Below, in pieces: positions 18,337 to 28,070 of a stretch of DNA of 64,000 nt. A model generated the notes under the pieces. That model did not search any database and had not been told where the DNA came from. It was given only the letters and a program-made list of their open reading frames with translations. The stretch's first letter is position 1. The number at the start of each line of letters is the position of its first letter. The stretch covers positions 64,001 to 128,000 of the forward strand of contig JAVVEA010000005.1 in the NCBI GenBank assembly GCA_032250835.1, in the 5' to 3' direction. The position numbers and the translations under genes are program-made. The DNA comes from a bacterium. GTDB taxonomy: Bacteria > SAR324 > XYD2-FULL-50-16.

Positions 18337-18915
18337 ATGGCTCTTTCGGAATCCGAAAAAATAGAATTTGAGGAAGTGGTTTCCCGCTTTTTAAGCGCCG
18401 ACAGCCCCGAGGCATTCCGCGCCGCTACCGACTATTTAAGATCCCTGGTCCCCTTCCGCCATTTTGCCACTGCGTTGATCCCGATTGAGCCGTCAGGGCT
18501 CAACATGGATCTTGAATGGGCTTTTAGTAGCTATCCCCCGGACTTTGTCCAAGCCTACCTAGAGAACCACCATCATCTGATGGATCTTGCGGTATTGGAA
18601 AACTTTCGGCCCGAGCAGTTTGGACAGGTGCGCCGCTGGAGCGATATCTACCAGCTAGTTGAAGACGAACCCGACCGCTACCCGGCCGAAACGATGCGTA
18701 TGCATTATCAATTTTTGGAATTTGTGGCCCAATGGGGAATTTTAGCCGACGGCTACACGATGGGCTATAAAGGCTTTCATGCCGGAGTGGGCAAGGAGCT
18801 AGGCAGTATCTTCTCCATCGCCGACGACCTAGAGTTTAGCGAGCGCAACCAAGCCCTGTTAGACCAGCTGCGCCCCCATATCCACCAAGGCTTGGTGCAT
18901 GTGTTTTTACGCTAA
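18337..18915 (+). CDS. Stand-alone autoinducer-binding-domain protein (no HTH)
   Basis: [22 protein letters not shown]...RRWSD...GY...LRPHIHQGL; ends where the LuxR HTH would begin. Confidence 0.72.
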   Translation: MALSESEKIEFEEVVSRFLSADSPEAFRAATDYLRSLVPFRHFATALIPIEPSGLNMDLEWAFSSYPPDFVQAYLENHHHLMDLAVLENFRPEQFGQVRRWSDIYQLVEDEPDRYPAETMRMHYQFLEFVAQWGILADGYTMGYKGFHAGVGKELGSIFSIADDLEFSERNQALLDQLRPHIHQGLVHVFLR

Positions 18916-20714
18916 ATATAATACTCTAAGATTTGGAACTGGTTGAGTAGTTCCAACACCGACCCGACCGCGCTGCTAGGGTCCGCCTCGGCAGCCAAGC
19001 TCAAATCAGGACGGAATTTGTCGGAACCGTCGGCCCCGACCTGTACCACCAAGATTTCATTCGGCGCGTTCAGCGTCTTGAGTTGTTCTAAGTCATAATC
19101 ATCCACCCCAGCCAACGCGGTGATGAAGATCTGGCCCGAGTCGGTCATGATCCGCGCCAGTTCGCCTAAGCGACGGATTTCTTCGGAGCGGTCCTTTCCT
19201 TGGGCCGCCAAGTCGCGGTCCAAGCCCTCGTTGAGATTGCTGTCGGCTAGATAATAGGCCTTGCGCCCCTCGGCGAAGAGACGGCGCTCTAACTCTACGG
19301 CAATTTTACGCTTGCCCACCCCTGGCGGTCCCGAGAAGACCACAAACTTGGCGCGGTGCAAAAAGGCGGCGGCCCGGTTTTCCGGCGTGATTTGTCCCCG
19401 CTGCCAAGCGGCTTCACGCTCGCGCACATGGGCCTCGGCCAGGGTTTCTTCAGACTCCGAGGCCTCTAAAATGATCCCTCCGCCAGCGATCTCAAAGCCA
19501 TCAACCAACACAAACCGCCCAGTACCGTCTAGTTCGGCAGCTCGGTCGAAGGCGATCGGTTTGAGGGCTTCAAAAATACATTCGCCCACGTCGTGACGCT
19601 CCACCACCTGTTTGTTGACCACGCTCGACAGGTCCGATGCGTCCAACACGTTGCGGATCTCGACCAGCCGTACCGGCACCCGCCGGGTCGCCAGTTTGAG
19701 TTTGTAGTTCTTACCCCGGATCAGCGGAGCCCGGCCCATCCAAAAGAGGTTCGCCCTAAACCGGCGGCCCATTTGGGGTTGGGGTTCGGACTTCTTGCAC
19801 ATCAGCTCCCCAGGCGGCACATAAACCTGGGTTGCCAGGGTGAACCCCGTTGCCTCCCCGGCTTTTGCTTGGGTCGCTGGGCTCGCGTTAAAGGATTCGA
19901 TGCTGGTGATACGGCTTTCTTTACCTGAAGGCAAGAAGATCACCTCGTCACCTACCGCCACCTTGCCCGTCTCGATGCTGCCTGCAAAGATGCGGCGGTC
20001 GTCGCCTTGAGCGGTGAATTTATAGACATCTTGCACCGGGAAACGCAGCGGCAGTTGTTCTTTGACGTCTTCGGGTTCCGGCTCAAAGGCGTCGAGCTGC
20101 TGCAACACGCTCAAGCCACTGTACCAGGGCATCTTATCCGAAGGCCCCACCATCAGGTCCCCTTCGCGCGCGGCGATGGGGATGAAGGCCAAGGGCTCAA
20201 CATTGAGCTCTTTAAGGAACTGGGCATATTCCTGGCGGGTCGACTCGAAGGCTGCTTCAGAATAGTCCACCAGGTCCATTTTATTGACCAAGACCACCAA
20301 CTTTTTGATCCCCAACATGCTCACCAAATAGCCATGCCGACGGCTGTTCTCTTGCACCCCTTCTTTGGCGTCAATCACCAACAGGGCGGCCTCAGCGGCA
20401 GCGGCACCGGTGACCATGTTTTTGAGGAACTCGATATGCCCCGGTGCGTCCAAAACAATGTAATGCCGCCGCTCGGTCTTAAAGAAACAGCGGGCCATGT
20501 CGATGGTGATGCCTTGGGCCTGCTCATCCGCCAAGGCATCTAATAAAAAGGCGTATTCAAAGGGCCGAGCGTTTTGCTCGCATTGACGCCGAACCTGATC
20601 CAACTTACCCTGGGGCAGGCTGTTGGTGTCCGCCAAGAGGCGGCCAATCACCGTTGATTTGCCGTGGTCCACATGGCCGACGATCACAATATTCATTCGT
20701 TCTTGGGCTAACAT
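18912..20714 (-). CDS. cysNC: Sulfate adenylyltransferase subunit 1 fused to an APS kinase-like domain
   Basis: [28 protein letters not shown]-terminal CysC-like domain with divergent P-loop GPPGVGKR. Confidence 0.92.
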   Translation of the reverse strand: MLAQERMNIVIVGHVDHGKSTVIGRLLADTNSLPQGKLDQVRRQCEQNARPFEYAFLLDALADEQAQGITIDMARCFFKTERRHYIVLDAPGHIEFLKNMVTGAAAAEAALLVIDAKEGVQENSRRHGYLVSMLGIKKLVVLVNKMDLVDYSEAAFESTRQEYAQFLKELNVEPLAFIPIAAREGDLMVGPSDKMPWYSGLSVLQQLDAFEPEPEDVKEQLPLRFPVQDVYKFTAQGDDRRIFAGSIETGKVAVGDEVIFLPSGKESRITSIESFNASPATQAKAGEATGFTLATQVYVPPGELMCKKSEPQPQMGRRFRANLFWMGRAPLIRGKNYKLKLATRRVPVRLVEIRNVLDASDLSSVVNKQVVERHDVGECIFEALKPIAFDRAAELDGTGRFVLVDGFEIAGGGIILEASESEETLAEAHVREREAAWQRGQITPENRAAAFLHRAKFVVFSGPPGVGKRKIAVELERRLFAEGRKAYYLADSNLNEGLDRDLAAQGKDRSEEIRRLGELARIMTDSGQIFITALAGVDDYDLEQLKTLNAPNEILVVQVGADGSDKFRPDLSLAAEADPSSAVGSVLELLNQFQILEYYI

Positions 20715-20722
20715 CCTGGCTC

Positions 20723-21604
20723 CTACATGTATCCCTGGCGGCGCAGCGACTCAAGGCCTCCGGCCCCTTCTTTGTCCTGGGCACGTCCCGAGCGTTCGGC
20801 AATATCGGCAAACTTGCCGGTTTTTAATTCGGTGATGATTTCGGGCACCGTCGTGGCGGTGGACTCGACCTTGCCGGTGCAGGGCCAGCAGCCTAGGGAG
20901 CGGCACCGTTCGCCGCTGCCTTGGTCAAAGTACAGATCAATGATGGGGATCTTTTCGCGTTCGATGTATTCCCAAATGTTCAGTTCCGTCCAATCTAACA
21001 ACGGGTGGATACGCAAGTGCGTGCCCGGCGCGAAGTCGGTCTTGTATTGGTTCCAAAGCTCCGGCGGCTGGTCGGCCACGTCCCAATCGTTTTCTTGGTC
21101 CCGGGGACTAAAGACCCGCTCTTTACTACGGCTGCCTTCTTCATCGGCGCGCACCCCAACGATCACCCCGGTATAGGCCTCATGGTTCTGATCCGGCACA
21201 TAACCGCCCTGTTGGTGGTTGTAACGGTAACGCGGCCATTCGCCCGAAAGGGTGTGCTTGAGTGCCTCGGTTTTGAGATTCTTGCAGCAGGCCAACCGGT
21301 CGACATTGCCGTCTGGGAAGGTAGCCTTGGCGTCGAGGGCGTCACGGTTTTCGCCGTAGACCATATTTAAGTTCCACTCCTTGGCCGCCCGGTCGCGGTA
21401 GGCGATCATTTCGGGCATTTTATAATGGGTGTCGATATGCAGCAACGGGAAGGGCACATGACCAAAAAAAGCCTTGCGCGCCAACCACAGCAACACCGTG
21501 CTGTCCTTGCCAATCGACCAAAGCATCACCAGATTTTTGATCTCCCGGTAGGCCTCACGTAAAATATAAACGCTGTGGGCCTCTAATCGGTCCAGATGGT
21601 CCAT
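20723..21604 (-). CDS. cysD: Sulfate adenylyltransferase subunit 2
   Basis: [49 protein letters not shown]; start at MDHLDRLE. Confidence 0.95.
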   Translation of the reverse strand: MDHLDRLEAHSVYILREAYREIKNLVMLWSIGKDSTVLLWLARKAFFGHVPFPLLHIDTHYKMPEMIAYRDRAAKEWNLNMVYGENRDALDAKATFPDGNVDRLACCKNLKTEALKHTLSGEWPRYRYNHQQGGYVPDQNHEAYTGVIVGVRADEEGSRSKERVFSPRDQENDWDVADQPPELWNQYKTDFAPGTHLRIHPLLDWTELNIWEYIEREKIPIIDLYFDQGSGERCRSLGCWPCTGKVESTATTVPEIITELKTGKFADIAERSGRAQDKEGAGGLESLRRQGYM

Positions 21605-21761
21605 GGGTTCCTCTACTGAAAACAAAACACCGCCAGCCGCCGGGACAATAGGTCCCAACGCTGGTCAATGCATTAAAATAACAATGAAAATGAATCTTCT
21701 CTTGGGCCCAAAATTTAGGCCAAAAACTCCGCTAGTTTCTCCTTTTCTCAGCTAGCCCGGT

Positions 21762-22478
21762 TCAAGCCGTCTGGGGGCGGTGGTGCAAACCACATTCTTT
21801 ATGTTCCGGCTCTTCCCACCACCAACGCCCCGAACGCAGGTCTTCACCGGGCGCTACCGCACGGGTGCAAGGTTGGCAGCCGATACTAGGATAGCTGTGG
21901 GCATGCAACGCATGGGTCGGCACCTTGGCGCTCCCCAGGGCCTCCCACAACGTCGCTTCGGTCCAATCCACCAGCGGGTTGATCTTAAACAGCCCGTTGC
22001 CTGCGTCCCATTCCACCCGTTCCAAAGAGGTCCGGGTTAAGCCCTGCTCGCGGCGTTGTCCGGTGATCCAGGCCTTGGCTCCCGCTAAGGCGCGCTGAAG
22101 CGGTAATACTTTGCGCACCCGGCAACAGGCTTGGCGCGCGGCCACGGAACGATAAAACCCATTGGCCCCTTGGGCCGCCAAGAGTTCTTCCACATCTGAA
22201 GCTTCGGGAAAATAACTTTCGTAACGAAAGTTATAGGCCCGTTCGGTGGCGGCCATTAGGTCGTAAGTTTCCTGAAAATGACGCCCCGTATCTAAGGTAA
22301 AGACACGGGCCTTGGGCTCCAAGCCTAAGAGATAATGGGTCAGCATTTGGTCTTCGGCCCCCATACTAGAAGCCAAAACCAAGTCTGGGGCCCCAAAGGT
22401 TTTCAACGCCCAAGCCAAGGTTTCCAAGACCGTCTGCCCTTCGGTTTGGTTTTGAAACTCCGCCAATCTATGCTTCAT
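21762..22478 (-). CDS. cysH: Assimilatory APS/PAPS reductase (Fe-S type, likely APS reductase)
   Basis: LDTGRHF, ACCRVRK, YPSIGCQPCT, KECGLH. Confidence 0.92.
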   Translation of the reverse strand: MKHRLAEFQNQTEGQTVLETLAWALKTFGAPDLVLASSMGAEDQMLTHYLLGLEPKARVFTLDTGRHFQETYDLMAATERAYNFRYESYFPEASDVEELLAAQGANGFYRSVAARQACCRVRKVLPLQRALAGAKAWITGQRREQGLTRTSLERVEWDAGNGLFKINPLVDWTEATLWEALGSAKVPTHALHAHSYPSIGCQPCTRAVAPGEDLRSGRWWWEEPEHKECGLHHRPQTA

Positions 22479-22479
22479 C

Positions 22480-24888
22480 TCATGCCTTTAAGATCAATAC
22501 AGACCAATGTCCGTCGGCGGTCTGATCTTGGGCCAAAATTTCATGGCCCTCTAACTTGACCGATTCGGGTACGTTGATGATCGGTTGCCCATCGTCTAAC
22601 AAGACTTCAAGGGTCTGGCCTGAAGGCATCGCCGCCAGGGCAATCTTGGTTTTAACAAAATTCATGGGGCAACCAACGCCCCTAAAGTCCTTATATACGT
22701 CGGCGCGGGACTCGGGCTGGGCCGTGGGGGCCTCGGCTTCGGCTTTGGTTTCGGGCTCTTTTTCCTCCACCAAATCTAACCCCTGTAACTGCTCGAGGTT
22801 AAAGCGCAAGCTGTCGTCCATGGCTTCGTAAAGCTTCTTCATGTGCTCGCCTAGATTAATCACCTCACCGGCCCATTTGTCTAAAGCGTCCAGGTCCTTC
22901 ACCTTGGCCAAATCAACGGGCTCCTGGTATAGCTTGGGCACCAATCCGGCCCCAATGAAATGCTCCGAAAAGGCGTCGAAGATTTCTTCATCGCTAAAGG
23001 CCTCCACCCCACGGGTCACCAACAGCGAATGGGCCGCCGAGCTAGCCAAGCGGTACAGGTGTAGCTTGCGCTCTGAGCCCCTCAGACCCGCTTCCAAAAG
23101 CTTAGTCGCCTGCTCGATGGTTTCGAAGTCCACTTCGATCATGTCGAACAACCCCGCCGAGCATTCGGCCTTGCGGCCCTTAAGCAGCGTGAAGCGTTGT
23201 TCGTCGCCCCAATCGGTATAATAAGAGGCATCTTCGCTGGCCGCAGGGACGGCGTCAGTGAAGCTTGCCGCCAAGTTCAACAGGTCTTCGACCGCTTCAT
23301 CGGCGTTTAGGTAGTCTCGGATCACCGGCCACTGAGCCTTCTTGTCATTCCAGCCCTTTAAGAAGTCCACCGTAAAGGCGGGCAGGTCCTTAGCGGGCAC
23401 CGAAGCAATACGGCGGGCTACTTGGATCGTTTCGGCGTCCAACTTGCTGCCAATTTGGATCATATAGGCCGGGTAGATGTCTTGGCCGACCTTGCCGGTC
23501 TTGCCGAAGTAACCAATATCCCCCACATGATTGTTACCACAGGCGTTAGGGCAGCCGGAGCTGTACAATTTCAAGTCCCCTAGGGCGTCTAAGTCCAAAT
23601 CGCTGGCCAATAGCGCCTTTTGTACCGCCTCTAAGGCCGGCCGCGATTGGGTCATACCCAAAGAACAGGTCGCAGCACCGGTGCAGGTGACCATGTTGCC
23701 CAACAACTCAGGTTCGGCCCGCAAAAAGAGGCTGGACAGGGGCTGTAGCGCATTAAACAGGGTCCCCAAATGAGCCTCGGGGATGTTGCGCAGATAGGCA
23801 TTTTGTTCCGCCGAAAGGCGCAGGCTGTTTTGCCCGAACTTGGCGGCCAATTGGCCCAAGGCCTTGGCGTCGCTATTTTGCAAGTTCCCGTGGCGCAGCG
23901 GCAGCCGCACCTGGAACAGGCCCGCTTGTTTTTGGTGGCGTACATTGCGCTTGCGCCACAGCGAGAAAGCATGTTCGTCTACCGGCCGCTCGGCGGCCAA
24001 ATCGGCCGACAATTCAGCCCGATTTTCAAGCGGCTTTAAGACCAGCTCTTTGCCCGGTTCCTGCTGTTCCATGGCGTAATAATAAAAGAACAGCCGCTCA
24101 AACTCTTGTTTGCCTAGCTTTTCATAGAGCCATTTGATCTTGGCTTTGCTGCGTTGGCGGCGGTTGCCGTGCTGGTCAAACATCCTTTTGAGCGCCTTGG
24201 TCACGTAATAGACCCGGTGCTCAGGAATCCAGTCCAGCAACAAATGCCCGGGCTTTACCGACGATCCGGTACCGCCTGCCACCCAGACCTCAAAACCTTG
24301 GCTCCCCTCTCTTTCCTTAGCCCAAAAGCCCAAGCAGGTCAGTTTGACCTTGCCGGGATCACTCTTCTTGCCCGAGAAGGCTACCTTAAACTTACGGGGC
24401 AGGTTTAAGCTGTCCGGCTCCGCGACCATCCGGGTGGTCAGTTCGAAGAGGTAAGGACTGACGTCAAAGACCTCATCAGGGTCCACCCCAGCGTCATGGG
24501 GGGCCATCATGTTACGTACCGTGTTGCCTCCGCCCGCGCGACCCGAAAGCCCCACTTCAGCGAGGCTGTGGACCACGGTCATGACATTTTCTAAGTCCAC
24601 AAACGAAAGCTGCAAGCCGCCGCGAGTGGTCACCGCCATCTGGGGCGCGCCATATTGGGCCGAAACCTCGGCCGCGCGGACCAGTTGCTCGGGGCTCAAG
24701 GCACCACCGGGGCAGCGCAGACGGATCATGAAGGTTCCTTCTTGGCGCTGCTCGTAGACGCCATGGGCCACCCGTAGACCCTTAAACTTGACGCCGCTCA
24801 AGGTACCGGATTTAAAGTCGGCCACCTGCTGGCCAAAGGCCTTAAGATCCTCGCCCAGTTGGGGCGGTAGCTCGAAAAATCTCATCAA
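22480..24888 (-). CDS. sir: Ferredoxin-type sulfite reductase with C-terminal TusA sulfurtransferase domain
   Basis: GVYEQR, LPRKFK, siroheme/Fe-S motifs CTGAATC and SGCPNAC; C-terminal DFRGVGCPMNFVKTK (TusA). Confidence 0.9.
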   Translation of the reverse strand: MMRFFELPPQLGEDLKAFGQQVADFKSGTLSGVKFKGLRVAHGVYEQRQEGTFMIRLRCPGGALSPEQLVRAAEVSAQYGAPQMAVTTRGGLQLSFVDLENVMTVVHSLAEVGLSGRAGGGNTVRNMMAPHDAGVDPDEVFDVSPYLFELTTRMVAEPDSLNLPRKFKVAFSGKKSDPGKVKLTCLGFWAKEREGSQGFEVWVAGGTGSSVKPGHLLLDWIPEHRVYYVTKALKRMFDQHGNRRQRSKAKIKWLYEKLGKQEFERLFFYYYAMEQQEPGKELVLKPLENRAELSADLAAERPVDEHAFSLWRKRNVRHQKQAGLFQVRLPLRHGNLQNSDAKALGQLAAKFGQNSLRLSAEQNAYLRNIPEAHLGTLFNALQPLSSLFLRAEPELLGNMVTCTGAATCSLGMTQSRPALEAVQKALLASDLDLDALGDLKLYSSGCPNACGNNHVGDIGYFGKTGKVGQDIYPAYMIQIGSKLDAETIQVARRIASVPAKDLPAFTVDFLKGWNDKKAQWPVIRDYLNADEAVEDLLNLAASFTDAVPAASEDASYYTDWGDEQRFTLLKGRKAECSAGLFDMIEVDFETIEQATKLLEAGLRGSERKLHLYRLASSAAHSLLVTRGVEAFSDEEIFDAFSEHFIGAGLVPKLYQEPVDLAKVKDLDALDKWAGEVINLGEHMKKLYEAMDDSLRFNLEQLQGLDLVEEKEPETKAEAEAPTAQPESRADVYKDFRGVGCPMNFVKTKIALAAMPSGQTLEVLLDDGQPIINVPESVKLEGHEILAQDQTADGHWSVLILKA

Positions 24889-25289
24889 TCCTCCAAGATT
24901 TCGATCAATTCCGGTTCCACTTCTTGGCCCCGGATTCGAAAGGACTTAACGTCCGGTTGCTCGGCAGCTAGCGAGACGATCACATAACTGATGTTGGGAT
25001 CGTAGGCTAAGCGCTTGTCTTCTTCGCTGGGCCGCGCCGGAGTTTCCGGGTGGCTGTGGTACACCGCCGCTTGTTTGAGCCCCTTAGCGCGCATGTCTTT
25101 GACGGCGGCAAATTGTTCTTTAGGGTCCATACTGAAATGTTCATTGGACGCATCGGTATTGACCAGTTCGTAGTGCGCCGAAACCACTCCGTCGGCTTCA
25201 GCCAGATAACCACAAGCCTCATTGGGCAGTTCCCGTTGGGCCTGGGCAATGATCGCAGCCCAGACCGACCGTTTGATCTTCATCTTCAA
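24885..25289 (-). CDS. JAB/Mov34 (M67) metalloprotease, sulfur-carrier processing (HcyD/Mec-like)
   Basis: PNEACG and YHSHPETPARPSEED JAMM motif. Confidence 0.92.
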   Translation of the reverse strand: MKMKIKRSVWAAIIAQAQRELPNEACGYLAEADGVVSAHYELVNTDASNEHFSMDPKEQFAAVKDMRAKGLKQAAVYHSHPETPARPSEEDKRLAYDPNISYVIVSLAAEQPDVKSFRIRGQEVEPELIEILED

Positions 25290-26101
25290 GCCTTCAGTTT
25301 TAAGTCACAAAGGGGCGTTTCCGCTTCGGTCAACTCAGTGATCACCGGGTGCTCCCCACAGACCGGGCAATTTTTTTGTTTCTTCAGCTTCACCTTGCGG
25401 AAGTCCATATCCAGCGCATTAAAACTCAAGAGCGCATCGGTGCACAGGTTGCCCGCGCCGGTGATGAATTTTAAGGCCTCGGCGGCTTGCATGGTGCCCA
25501 ACATCCCGGCAATGGCACCCAAGACACCGGCCTGAGAGCAGGTAGGGACCGATCCGGCTGGAGGCGGCTCACGAAAGACGCAGCGATAACAGGCGCTTTG
25601 GCCCGGTAAGATGGTCATCATCTGCCCCGTAAAGCGCAGGATGCCGCCATGGGACAGGGGCTTTTTGGCCATCACACAGGCGTCATTGATCAGGAACTTG
25701 ATCCCGAAAGTATCGGTGCCATCGATGATGAAATCATAGGGTTCAATCAGCTCCAAGATATTTTCGGCGGTGGCCCACAGCTGGTGCTGGTTGACCTTGA
25801 GTTCCGGATTGATGGCCAACATCTTTTCAGCCGCCGACTTAACCTTGGGCTGATCCACGTCTTTGGTGAAGTGGATCACTTGGCGTTGTAGGTTCGAAAG
25901 GTCCACCACGTCGGCGTCCACCATGCCGATCTCACCGACCCCGGCTGCCGCCAGATACAACGCTATGGGGCTGCCCAGCCCGCCCGCGCCGATCACCAAA
26001 ACCTTAGCTTGCATCAGCTTAGCTTGGCCTTCGACACCCACTTCTTTTAAGATGATGTGCCTAGAGTAGCGCTCTAATTGTTCTTCCGTAAAATCAATCA
26101 T
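25286..26101 (-). CDS. ThiF/MoeB-family adenylyltransferase (HcyF-like)
   Basis: RYSRHI, GAGGLGS, SNLQRQ, CYRC and CPVC zinc motifs, PTCSQAGV. Confidence 0.92.
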   Translation of the reverse strand: MIDFTEEQLERYSRHIILKEVGVEGQAKLMQAKVLVIGAGGLGSPIALYLAAAGVGEIGMVDADVVDLSNLQRQVIHFTKDVDQPKVKSAAEKMLAINPELKVNQHQLWATAENILELIEPYDFIIDGTDTFGIKFLINDACVMAKKPLSHGGILRFTGQMMTILPGQSACYRCVFREPPPAGSVPTCSQAGVLGAIAGMLGTMQAAEALKFITGAGNLCTDALLSFNALDMDFRKVKLKKQKNCPVCGEHPVITELTEAETPLCDLKLKA

Positions 26102-27330
26102 AACTGGTCTAACGCTTGGGTTAAGTCGTCTTTAAGGTCCTTTAGGTCTTCTATGCCTACGGACAGACGGATTAGGGATTCCCCTACGCCCATCACCTGC
26201 CGCTGTGTTTCGCTATATTCACAGAAGATGGTCGAAGCGGGGTGCAGGATCATGGTCTTATTGTCGTTGATATTGGTTGCCCGCTTAATCAAGTTGACCC
26301 CATCGATCACCGCAAAACAAGCCTCTTTATCCTTTAAATCGAAGGTCAACAAACCGCCATAACGCCCACCGAATTGGGCCTTGGCTAGCTGATGGAATTT
26401 TGAGCTAGGCAAGCCGGGGTAGTTGACCGAAGCCACCTTTGGGTGGGCCTCTAACATCTCGGCTAAGGCCAGGGTGTTTTCGCAACTACGCTCGATGCGC
26501 AGCGCCAGCGTCTCTAAGCCCAAAGATTGCTGGGCGGCGTTGTGCGGTGCCAGACAGCCGCCTAGGTTGCGGAAGACCTGGGTGCGCAGGGTTGCCAACA
26601 TCGCCATCGGCCCCATCCGCTTGGCCGCTTCGCCCAACTTGGGGTGGCGCTTCCAGTCGAAGGTTCCGTTGTCGATCAACAATCCACCCACCGTGGTGGC
26701 CCCACCACTGATGTATTTGGTCGAAGACAGCAGATCCACATCGACCCCGTGGGCCTTAGAGTCAAACAGATAGGGGGTGGTTACGGTGCTGTCCACCGCT
26801 AAGGGCACGCCCTTGGCCTGGGTGATCGCGCTGAGCGCCTTCATGTCGGCCACTTCCATCTGCGGGTTGGTGATGATCTCTAAAAAGACCATGCCCGTCT
26901 TTTCGTCTATAGCCGCTTCCACTTCGGCGGGGTTGGTCATGTCCACATAGCGGACCTCTAGACCCCAAGGACCCAGGCTGTGCTCAAAGAGCGAAACGGT
27001 GTTGCCAAAGAGGTGGCGGCTGGTGACGAGGTTGCCGCCTTGCCAACAAAGGGTCAGCACCAAATTACTGATCGCCGCCATCCCCGAAGACAAGGCCAAT
27101 ACGCCCAAACCACCGCTGAGCAAGCGAACTTTTTGTTCCAGCTCTTCGATGGTCGGGTTGCTGATGCGGGTATAGACGTGGGCGGCCCGGCGGCCCTGAA
27201 AGGCCTGAGCGATCTCCTGAGCGCTGGCGTGCTCAAAGGAGACGGTCTCGTAGATCGGCATGCGCAGGCTGCCGTGGCTATCTGCCTTGGGCCGCTTCGC
27301 GTGGATTGCTTTGGTGGTGAACCCGTTCAT
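26098..27330 (-). CDS. metY: O-acetylhomoserine sulfhydrylase (PLP-dependent, MetY family)
   Basis: YTRISNPT, SSGMAAI, SSTKYISG (PLP Lys), HPASTI, RLSVGIED; start at MNGFTT. Confidence 0.85.
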   Translation of the reverse strand: MNGFTTKAIHAKRPKADSHGSLRMPIYETVSFEHASAQEIAQAFQGRRAAHVYTRISNPTIEELEQKVRLLSGGLGVLALSSGMAAISNLVLTLCWQGGNLVTSRHLFGNTVSLFEHSLGPWGLEVRYVDMTNPAEVEAAIDEKTGMVFLEIITNPQMEVADMKALSAITQAKGVPLAVDSTVTTPYLFDSKAHGVDVDLLSSTKYISGGATTVGGLLIDNGTFDWKRHPKLGEAAKRMGPMAMLATLRTQVFRNLGGCLAPHNAAQQSLGLETLALRIERSCENTLALAEMLEAHPKVASVNYPGLPSSKFHQLAKAQFGGRYGGLLTFDLKDKEACFAVIDGVNLIKRATNINDNKTMILHPASTIFCEYSETQRQVMGVGESLIRLSVGIEDLKDLKDDLTQALDQL

Positions 27331-27334
27331 GGCT

Positions 27335-27541
27335 TTATGCCCCTCCGCCCATAAAATAAAGAAAGTCCACCTCGGCACCATCGGCGAGGGGGGTGGTGGC
27401 GTAGTTTTCTTTCTCTACAAATTCGCCGTTGAGCTGTACCGAAACCATATCGGGATTTTCTACCTTTTGTTCACTCAGCAACTGAGCCAAAGTGATGCCT
27501 TCGTTTACTGCCGTGGTTTCGCCGTTCAACTGGATATTCAT
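27335..27541 (-). CDS. ThiS-like sulfur carrier protein with blocked C-terminus (HcyS-like)
   Basis: 68 aa beta-grasp fold: MNIQLNGE...VQLNGEFV...DFLYFMGGGA. Confidence 0.92.
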   Translation of the reverse strand: MNIQLNGETTAVNEGITLAQLLSEQKVENPDMVSVQLNGEFVEKENYATTPLADGAEVDFLYFMGGGA

Positions 27542-27555
27542 GCTGCAACTCCGTT

Positions 27556-27612
27556 ACTTGATTAAGTTGATCAGGTTAGTCATGTTTTAGACTAAAGGAA
27601 AATAAATGTCAA
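27556..27612 (-). promoter_or_regulatory. Promoter of the sulfur operon with a downstream imperfect palindrome (candidate Rrf2/CymR operator)
   Basis: TTGACA at 27612-27607, then 17 bp, then TAAAAC; palindrome ACTTGATTAAGTTGATCAGGT at 27556-27576. Confidence 0.55.
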
Positions 27613-27694
27613 TCCATTTTTCACCCCAATTAAGCAGGGACAAAAAAAGGAGGACCTACCGTAAAAAGCTTCCGGCTCGCCGTCTAAGTATAGA

Positions 27695-28060
27695 TCAGAC
27701 TTCGGGCTGAAAGCTCTCAACCAGCTTGACAAAGGGGTCCAATTGGAAAGGTTTGGAAATATAATCAATACAGCCTGCTTCTAAGGCGGCGCGCTTATCA
27801 GAAGGCATGGCGTAGGCCGTCAGGGCGACTACCGGGATTCGGGCGGTGGTGGGGTCGGTTTTGAGACGGCGGGTCGCCTCAAGCCCGTCGATGGTGGGCA
27901 ATTGAATGTCCATTAAGATCAGATCCGGCTGATTCTCTTGAGCCAAGACCAGCCCCGCTTCGGCTTCCAGCGCCCAGAGTACTTCGTGCCCTTTGGCCTC
28001 TAAGACCGTGCGCACCACCAACATATTCGATTCGTTGTCTTCTACTAGAAGCACTTTCAT
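27695..28060 (-). CDS. Single-domain response regulator (DivK-like)
   Basis: LLVEDN, DLILMDIQLP, ALTAYAM, YISKPF. Confidence 0.92.
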   Translation of the reverse strand: MKVLLVEDNESNMLVVRTVLEAKGHEVLWALEAEAGLVLAQENQPDLILMDIQLPTIDGLEATRRLKTDPTTARIPVVALTAYAMPSDKRAALEAGCIDYISKPFQLDPFVKLVESFQPEV

Positions 28061-28070
28061 AAGAGGCCCT

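Noticed and set aside
21678-21702. Fur-box-like AATGAAAATGAATCTT between cysH and cysD
   Set aside because: Weak symmetry in an AT-rich spacer; cannot be distinguished from chance without a PWM scan.
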